Shown piece after piece: positions 57,351 through 64,000 of a stretch of DNA of 64,000 nucleotides. The first letter of the stretch is position 1; the number at the start of each line of letters is the position of its first letter. The notes beneath the pieces are model-generated. The model saw only the letters and a program-made list of their open reading frames with translations. It was not told the DNA's origin and did not search any database. The stretch is from Fidelibacterota bacterium (GTDB lineage Bacteria; Fidelibacterota; UBA2242), in NCBI GenBank assembly GCA_049975265.1, contig JBNGDF010000007.1, positions 32,001-96,000 of the forward strand, written 5' to 3'. The position numbers were made by a program, and so were the translations under genes.

Positions 57351-58585
57351 AAATTATCAACCGATTCATGTAAAAAATTCTGGTAGGTTGCCCGGGCTTT
57401 ATCGATCAGACCGGCACCGGCGTAGGCGTTTGCCAGAATCAGGCGGTAGCGCTGGACCTGCGGGCTCAGTGAAACTGCCCTTTCCAGATACTCAACGGCT
57501 TCCGGAAACCGCTCCATCTCATATAAAAGTTTCCCGTGATAATAGAGAGGCTGGGGATGCTCGGGAAGCAGCTCCATCTGTTTCTGCGAATACTGTAGTG
57601 CTTTGTCCAATTTACCGGATTTGCGACTGCTCTCCGCCAGGATAAAATAGGCGTCCGTCAGACCGCGATCCAGCTGCAATGCCGCTTTGCTGTAATAAAC
57701 GGCTTTCGCCGGATCATTCAGGTGAAAATGATAAATCTGCGCCAAGGTAATCAGACTCCCCGGACAATAATTGTGATTCAGTGCCTTAGTGTAGTGGATT
57801 GCGGCATTTTCATAATGCCCCTGCCGATATTCCAGATGCCCCCAGGCCTCGTAGGTGTCCGCCGATCGCCCTGCTATCCGGCTCAATTTTTCACAGACCT
57901 GCGCCGCTTCCAGAAAACAGCCGTTATTGGCAAGAATATGCTCCAACATCCGCAAATGAAAGGGGTTTTCCGTCGATTGAATCGCCTGTTTTGCCAGAGC
58001 GACGGCAACGGAATCGGCACCGAGATTACTCTGTAAGATGGCGTGATACACGGTGATATTGCCGTTGTCGGGAAATTCCGCGCCCAGCGTTCGAAAGAAG
58101 CGAATCGCCTCTTCCCGATTCGGTGACTCGCGGTATTTATCGAGTATAATTGTCAGAGGCAAATCATCCGGCTGAATCCGGTAGAGGGCCGTCGCTACTC
58201 GTCGAAACATGTCCCAGGGAACAGCGGTCTCTTTTGCCAGGTCCGTATAATCCATTAAAAAATCATAGACCGTCGAATCCTTTGCAAACGCCTTAAAATA
58301 GAGCGCCCGGGCATTCGTATAATTACCCAGTGCCCATTCTGACCGACCGTAGCTCCAGAAGAGATAGAATTCGGGATAGGATTTGACTAACCTGTCGAAT
58401 ATTTTTCGAGCCTGGGTTGCCTGCGCTTTTTTCAGATAGCCGAGAGCCTGCTTCATGTCAGCCCGGTATTCATTGGGGATCTCTTTTTTGATTGCTTTAA
58501 ACCGCAACCCTTCCGGCAATCCAGCCCCGCCGGCAGCCACCAGCAACAGCATTAGGATTAAGAGCAGAACAGCCCGCTTCTTCAT
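57302..58585 (-). CDS. Secreted multi-TPR protein
   Basis: Signal peptide MKKRAVLLL; many TPR repeats. Confidence 0.78.
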   Translation of the reverse strand: MKKRAVLLLILMLLLVAAGGAGLPEGLRFKAIKKEIPNEYRADMKQALGYLKKAQATQARKIFDRLVKSYPEFYLFWSYGRSEWALGNYTNARALYFKAFAKDSTVYDFLMDYTDLAKETAVPWDMFRRVATALYRIQPDDLPLTIILDKYRESPNREEAIRFFRTLGAEFPDNGNITVYHAILQSNLGADSVAVALAKQAIQSTENPFHLRMLEHILANNGCFLEAAQVCEKLSRIAGRSADTYEAWGHLEYRQGHYENAAIHYTKALNHNYCPGSLITLAQIYHFHLNDPAKAVYYSKAALQLDRGLTDAYFILAESSRKSGKLDKALQYSQKQMELLPEHPQPLYYHGKLLYEMERFPEAVEYLERAVSLSPQVQRYRLILANAYAGAGLIDKARATYQNFLHESVDNLWSEEENLKEPAVKSP

Positions 58586-58763
58586 GTTGCTGAATATGGC
58601 TAATTTCGGTCGATATTTCAAGTGTTTTCAGCATAATGCCGGAAGGAAAAACAACCCTTTGGCCGATAGGATTGAACCGGTTGTTCTTTTAATTATCCAT
58701 TCCTGTTGAGATATGCTTTTAAAAATGCTCTTAAAATTGTAATTTCTGCATGAAAAAACTGAG

Positions 58764-59744
58764 GTGTTTATGCAGCAAATTGACGACATACTTGCTCATC
58801 TGGACCGGGAAAATATCTCACTTCTGCCGACGCCTTTTTACCGTTTGAATACCCTGTCGGAGTTGCTGGAACGGGATATCTATATCAAGCGGGATGACCT
58901 GACCGGTTTTGCGTTCGGCGGCAACAAAACCCGCAAATTTGATTTTTTAATGGCGGATGCTCTGGAAAAAGGGTGTGATACGATCATCGGCATCGGCGCC
59001 AACCAGTCAAACTTTTGCCGGATTCTCAGCGGTGTCGGTGCCAAGTACGGACTCGCAGTACATCTGATCCTGAACGGCACCGAACCGAAAATTGCGACGG
59101 GCAACCTGCTGCTTGATCATCTGTTCGGGGCAACGATCCACCATATCGATACCACCGATCCCGAAGAGCGCTTTCAGAAAGCCGTCGAAGTCCGCAAGCA
59201 GCTGGAATATGCCGGTCGGCGCGTCTATTTCCTGCCACCGGGCGGCTCAACCACTCGGGGTGCAATGGGATACATCGCCGGTTGGGGCGAATTAATGGAT
59301 GACTTTGAACATCATCACTTACAGGTAACGAAAATCTTCCACGCCTCCTCATCGGCAGGAACGCAAGCCGGGCTCGTCACCGGACAGGCGATCAGCGGCT
59401 GGCAGGGACAGATCATCGGGATCAGTGTAGACGCTCCGAAAGCAGATCTCGAAAAAAATGTGTACAATCTGGCGCAATCCGCCGGTGATTTTTTAAATGT
59501 CCATATCACCCGCGATCTGGTCACCGCTGATGACCGGTATGTCGGCAGCGGCTACGGCAAACAGACCGACCAGGCGGAAGAAGCGATTGAGCTCTTCGCC
59601 CGCAGAGAAGGGGTGTTGCTGGACCATGTCTATACGGGTAAAGCCGCCGCCGGACTGATTGACTACTGCCGCAGCGGTAAAGTTGCACCGGAGGAAACCA
59701 TCGTCTTTCTGCATACCGGCGGCAATATCCAACTTTTTGAATGA
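58764..59744 (+). CDS. D-cysteine desulfhydrase/ACC deaminase family PLP enzyme
   Basis: IKRDDLTG...GGNKTRK, QSN, GN.LLD.L.GA, S.GTQAGL, LD.VYTGKA and FLHTGG. Confidence 0.92.
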   Translation: MFMQQIDDILAHLDRENISLLPTPFYRLNTLSELLERDIYIKRDDLTGFAFGGNKTRKFDFLMADALEKGCDTIIGIGANQSNFCRILSGVGAKYGLAVHLILNGTEPKIATGNLLLDHLFGATIHHIDTTDPEERFQKAVEVRKQLEYAGRRVYFLPPGGSTTRGAMGYIAGWGELMDDFEHHHLQVTKIFHASSSAGTQAGLVTGQAISGWQGQIIGISVDAPKADLEKNVYNLAQSAGDFLNVHITRDLVTADDRYVGSGYGKQTDQAEEAIELFARREGVLLDHVYTGKAAAGLIDYCRSGKVAPEETIVFLHTGGNIQLFE

Positions 59745-59754
59745 TGGCAAATCA

Positions 59755-60336
59755 ATGTCGATATTAACCGCACATCCCTGGATTACCACCTGGATCATCA
59801 TTCCTTTTCTGATCTTTTTAGCCCGTGTCACCGATGTGTCCATCGGTACATTTCGGATTATTCTGGTCTCCAAAGGCAGGAAGGCAATCTCCGCCTTCCT
59901 GGGATTTATCGAGGTATCCATCTGGCTGCTGGCGATCTCGCAGGTCTTTCAGCATGTCACCAATATCGCCTGTTTCCTGGCTTACGGTTTTGGTTTCGCA
60001 ATGGGAAACTACGTCGGCATTTCCATCGAGGAAAAGATCGCCATGGGACAGCAGGCAATCCGCATAATTACCCGCAATACAATGGAGGTCCTGCCGATGG
60101 CGTTGCGGGATGCCGGATACGGCGCTACCGTCATTAAAGCCAATGGCGCCAAGGGAGAGGTTAATATAATTTTCAGTATTGTGCCCCGGCGACAGGTCAA
60201 GGAGGTGGTTGCGCTGGCTCAGGAGATTGATCCCAATATTTTCATTTCGCTGCAGGATGTCCGGTCGGTCAACGCCGGTTTCATACCCCTGCGGGCACCC
60301 CTTTTCGGCTGGCGACGCCTCACCAAGAAAAAATAG
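59755..60336 (+). CDS. UPF0316/DUF2179 family membrane protein
   Basis: IFLARV.DVSIGT.R, GF.EV.IW, GFA.GNYVG..IEEK.A.G and LR..GYG.T...A.G. Confidence 0.85.
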   Translation: MSILTAHPWITTWIIIPFLIFLARVTDVSIGTFRIILVSKGRKAISAFLGFIEVSIWLLAISQVFQHVTNIACFLAYGFGFAMGNYVGISIEEKIAMGQQAIRIITRNTMEVLPMALRDAGYGATVIKANGAKGEVNIIFSIVPRRQVKEVVALAQEIDPNIFISLQDVRSVNAGFIPLRAPLFGWRRLTKKK

Positions 60337-60346
60337 TATATTCGGA

Positions 60347-61357
60347 ATGATGAATCACCATCCACCATCATTATGGTTCCTGCTCTTTTTTCTGCTTGTC
60401 AGTACCCCCTTTGCCTGCTTTCAGCGAAGAGAGCAGGCAGACTATCAGGCTATCCAGACCATTGATTCGCCGACTTCCCAACTGGAAGCGATTTGTCAAT
60501 TCATTACCGATTACCCGAAAAGTGACAACCTGCTGCCGGCAATCCGACAGGCGATTATGCTGCTGGAAGCCGATAATCAGCATGACTCTCTGCTGCAATT
60601 TCTCATCGATCAGCGCGTAATCCGGTCCAATCCGGAAATCACCGCCTATCTGGACAGCCAACTGGTGGCACAATTGCCGCCAGACTCGCTTCAACGGCAG
60701 CAGTATCGCACTTCGCTTGATCACTATGTCAGAGAGTATCCGCAGCCCCTTGCATTTGCTTTGGCGAGCATTCCTCATATCCGGAGCTGCTTTCAAAATG
60801 ACAGTTTGCGCTGCCGGGCTGTCCGTCAGCTGAGTGACGTCATTCTGTCTTCCGATTATGATGATATCGGCAATTTCATCAAAATTTCCAGGCAACTATC
60901 CGCAGCGGGTGATTCCCTGCTGCTTCCACATGCCAATCGGTTCCTCATCGCCGCGATTCAGCACTGCACACCGCCCACTATTCAAAAACACCACCCGGAG
61001 CTGAATCAACCCGATTCCCTGTTGAATCAGTATTACTACTCCTGTTTTACGGAGCTGGCTTGGAACGTTTACCGGCAGCGGCGCTTTGAGTACGCCCTGC
61101 ATCTGATCTCTCAGGCAAGCAAATTCGGCGATCTGGCAGCCAATAACGGCTATATAATTCTCGGAGCGGTACAGGCGGAATGCGGCGAACTCAACCCGGG
61201 CTGGACACATCTCCTGACCGGTCTGGTCCTGAATCCGGCGGCTGAAGAGAAGTCCCCCGAGATCCGGAAAATCTATACCCGACTATTCGCCCGGATTCGC
61301 GGCTCCCGGGAAGATCCGTTCCGGTTTTTGAATCAATATCGCCGCTCCCATTACTAA
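60347..61357 (+). CDS. Hypothetical helical lipoprotein/secreted protein
   Basis: Hydrophobic N-terminus ending FA-C; FI.DYPKS TPR-like; co-oriented between neighbours. Confidence 0.6.
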   Translation: MMNHHPPSLWFLLFFLLVSTPFACFQRREQADYQAIQTIDSPTSQLEAICQFITDYPKSDNLLPAIRQAIMLLEADNQHDSLLQFLIDQRVIRSNPEITAYLDSQLVAQLPPDSLQRQQYRTSLDHYVREYPQPLAFALASIPHIRSCFQNDSLRCRAVRQLSDVILSSDYDDIGNFIKISRQLSAAGDSLLLPHANRFLIAAIQHCTPPTIQKHHPELNQPDSLLNQYYYSCFTELAWNVYRQRRFEYALHLISQASKFGDLAANNGYIILGAVQAECGELNPGWTHLLTGLVLNPAAEEKSPEIRKIYTRLFARIRGSREDPFRFLNQYRRSHY

Positions 61358-61387
61358 TTCAAATTCAAATGAGGTGCCATCCCGACT

Positions 61388-61936
61388 ATGAAATCTGAAA
61401 CCATCAGAATCTTCCGTTCCATCGGCATCGGTATTGCGCTGCTGTTGCTGGACTTCCTGATTAAGTACCTTGCCAATCTAAAGCTACCGTTTCAAAAGGT
61501 TCAGCAAACCTTTCTTCCCTTCCTGCTGCTTTACCGGACTCATAATACCGGCTATCATTATCTGTTCGGTCCGATTGAGAACCATTTTATCTGGGCGCTG
61601 GCGGGCATGGTATTTGTTTTCGTGCTGATGGCATCACTGATCCACACGCTGGTGAAAGAGCAACTCGACCATTTTAACAACACGATGTACTCACTGATTC
61701 TCACCCTGACCATCGGCGCCTCCGGCAACGTGCTGGAGATCCTGCTGTTTGGACACGCCACCGATTATTTTATCTTTAAACCTTTTCCCTGGCCCAGTAA
61801 CCTCTGCGATCAGTATATCAACGGGATACTTTATATTGCCTTACCCGTAATTATTATTAAGGCAATCATTGATCACAGACGCGGAAAAAAGATTCCCTCC
61901 GCGACGAATCATGATCAGGTTATACACGAAGATTAA
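61388..61936 (+). CDS. lspA: Divergent signal peptidase II
   Basis: D...K, N.G, GA.GN, G.ATDYF and N..D motifs with four TMs. Confidence 0.72.
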   Translation: MKSETIRIFRSIGIGIALLLLDFLIKYLANLKLPFQKVQQTFLPFLLLYRTHNTGYHYLFGPIENHFIWALAGMVFVFVLMASLIHTLVKEQLDHFNNTMYSLILTLTIGASGNVLEILLFGHATDYFIFKPFPWPSNLCDQYINGILYIALPVIIIKAIIDHRRGKKIPSATNHDQVIHED

Positions 61937-63714
61937 CGTTTTTTCTGTTTACGCAACCGCTCGTACTGCTCCGGATACAGTTTTTTCATGCAGTCGTCGC
62001 AGAGACCGTGGCTGAATTCCGCGGCGGAATGTTTGGAGATATAGGATTCCACATCGTTCCAGTAACCCTTGTCATCCCGGATTCGCTTGCAATTGGCGCA
62101 AATCGGGATCAAACCGCTCAGGGTATTAACTTTATCGAGTGCTTTTTGGAGTTCACGAATGATCCGCTCCCGCTCTTCTTCGGCTTTCTTTCGCTCTGTA
62201 ATATCGTGTCCGATACCCACCAGCCCGGTCACCTGACCGGCAGCGTTTTTCAGGGGAATTTTAGAGGTTATCTGCCAGCCGATGCTGCCGTCCGGTCTGG
62301 TCACCTTTTCTTCCCGGTCGAGGATAGCTTCTCCGTTCTGAATGACTTTTTTATCATCCGCATCAAAGGCAGCCGCCAGCTCCGGTGGAAAGAAATCAAA
62401 ATCGGTTTTACCGAGTACTTCGGATTCCGATTCCGCACCCATGTTATGGAAATCTGCCGGATTTGAGAGAGTTTTCTGGCGGGCGGTATTCTTCACATAA
62501 ATTGCATTGGGAAGATGGTCTATCATCGTACGCATGAGATTACGCTCCGCAGACAGGGCTTCTTCAAACCGTTTGCGTTCGGTAATATCTCTGTAAATTG
62601 CCAGTGCACCGATATGTTCACCATCAATGCTAATCGGCGCCCCGCTGACCGAGACGTCAATATACGAGCCGTCCTTCCGGCGCCGCCGACGGTCCAGATT
62701 GGCAATTCCACCTGCCTGAACGCTTTTGGTGATATCGGCGGCATCATGATAATCCTCTTTATCAACGATGATCCGATCTAGATTGCGCCCCTGGATTTCT
62801 GCCTGGGTATAGCCGAACAATTTTTCAAAAGAGGGATTGACATTGACCACATTCCCATGCAAATCCAAGGAGACAATCGCGTCGGAAGCGCTGTCGAATA
62901 TGGCTTGAAAATACTGTTTCTGTCGCTGAATCTCCCTTTCAGCCTTTTTGCGCTCGGTGATATCGCGAATGACCGCGAATGTCGCCGTATTGCCCTGATA
63001 ATTGATGATCGTCACATTGGCTTCGACATCGATCTCGGAACCGTCTTTGCGCTTAAAGACGGTTTCATACTGAGACGGCACCTGCTCACCCCGTTCCCGG
63101 CGGCGGCTGCGTTCATAGAGAATCGCCAGCCCCCGCTCGTTGTATACGTCGCGATAATCCCGCATCAGCAGTTCATCGACTGTATAGCCCAACATGGTGG
63201 CGAACTGCCGGTTGAAAAAGATGAACTTATCGGATTGGCTGATGACAATCCCATCCTTGATATTTTCCACCAGGAGCCGGTACTTTTCTTCTTTACTTAA
63301 AATCTGTGATTCCGTTATTTCGGTAATGTACCCTTCCAGATAACGTGGCTTTCCATCGTCAGAATAGACACCAATCCCCTGCTCCCAGACCCATTTGACC
63401 TTTCCCGACGCCGTGTGGACACGATACTCCAGAATAAAGGATCTGTGATGTTTCAGCGCCTTCTGCACGGTCGCAGACACCATTTTCCGGTCGTTGGGCT
63501 CAATCAGATCGCCAAAACTGACGACATTGTTCCCGATCAGATCTTCCGGTTGATATTCCAGCAGGTCAACGCAACCGGCACTGATCTCCAGCATCGTCCA
63601 GTTGCGATCGTTGACACAGCGATAAACAACACCTGGCAAATTCTGGAGCAGTCGAACTTTATCGATATCCCCGCCCTTTTTCACTCCGGAACGTTTATAT
63701 CTTTTTGCCTGCAT
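61933..63714 (-). CDS. Multi-PAS sensor with Cys-rich C-terminal domain, no kinase
   Basis: Four PAS/PAC repeats ending (D/E)ITE; tail L.GLIPICANCKRIRDDKGYW..VE.YI......FSHGLC..C. Confidence 0.88.
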   Translation of the reverse strand: MQAKRYKRSGVKKGGDIDKVRLLQNLPGVVYRCVNDRNWTMLEISAGCVDLLEYQPEDLIGNNVVSFGDLIEPNDRKMVSATVQKALKHHRSFILEYRVHTASGKVKWVWEQGIGVYSDDGKPRYLEGYITEITESQILSKEEKYRLLVENIKDGIVISQSDKFIFFNRQFATMLGYTVDELLMRDYRDVYNERGLAILYERSRRRERGEQVPSQYETVFKRKDGSEIDVEANVTIINYQGNTATFAVIRDITERKKAEREIQRQKQYFQAIFDSASDAIVSLDLHGNVVNVNPSFEKLFGYTQAEIQGRNLDRIIVDKEDYHDAADITKSVQAGGIANLDRRRRRKDGSYIDVSVSGAPISIDGEHIGALAIYRDITERKRFEEALSAERNLMRTMIDHLPNAIYVKNTARQKTLSNPADFHNMGAESESEVLGKTDFDFFPPELAAAFDADDKKVIQNGEAILDREEKVTRPDGSIGWQITSKIPLKNAAGQVTGLVGIGHDITERKKAEEERERIIRELQKALDKVNTLSGLIPICANCKRIRDDKGYWNDVESYISKHSAAEFSHGLCDDCMKKLYPEQYERLRKQKKR

Positions 63715-63772
63715 GAATTCCCTCTGTCCGCTTTAATTTCAATTTATGGAAAAAATACTAATCTCTCAATTG

Positions 63773-63808
63773 AAAAAAAAGCCGTCCGGAAGTCTCTCCC
63801 GGAAAGCT
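63773..63808 (-). terminator. Intrinsic terminator after argF
   Basis: Minus strand AGC..TCCGG/CCGGA..GCT hairpin followed by a T8 run. Confidence 0.6.
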
Positions 63809-63830
63809 TTCGGTGTCTTTTTGTCCGGCA

Positions 63831-64000
<170 letters not shown>

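Overview
Bacterial chromosome segment of roughly 50% GC by eye. The gene content (Bat operon, PorV-like protein, T9SS-like C-terminal tail, purB-purC-psd-pssA-purS-purQ order) suggests an FCB-group organism, possibly Marinimicrobia-like; this is inference. Most of the window is housekeeping: a ~24 kb co-oriented minus-strand run from yicC to yebC, plus mutS, selB/selA, tsaC, ispG and part of argF. The standout is a tightly coupled minus-strand operon at 43990-51745. It encodes a lipoprotein, two CpoB-like coiled-coil/TPR proteins, a beta-rich/TPR protein, MotA, MotB, a reduced FliF-like ring protein and FliG. The window has no export-gate, rod, hook, flagellin, FliM/FliN or chemotaxis genes. 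This looks like a stand-alone, probably Na+-driven, non-flagellar rotary envelope motor. Other notable items: two candidate structured RNAs (6526-6665 and ~28047-28170), a truA that appears to need a CTG start, and a decaying low-GC GLUG/T9SS-tail pseudogene bracketed by 51-bp direct repeats next to a possible RAYT transposase relic. There is also a 25-aa small ORF and a few enzymes with altered active-site motifs. I recognised no rRNA, tRNA or CRISPR array. All family assignments come from motif recognition by eye; no database search was run.
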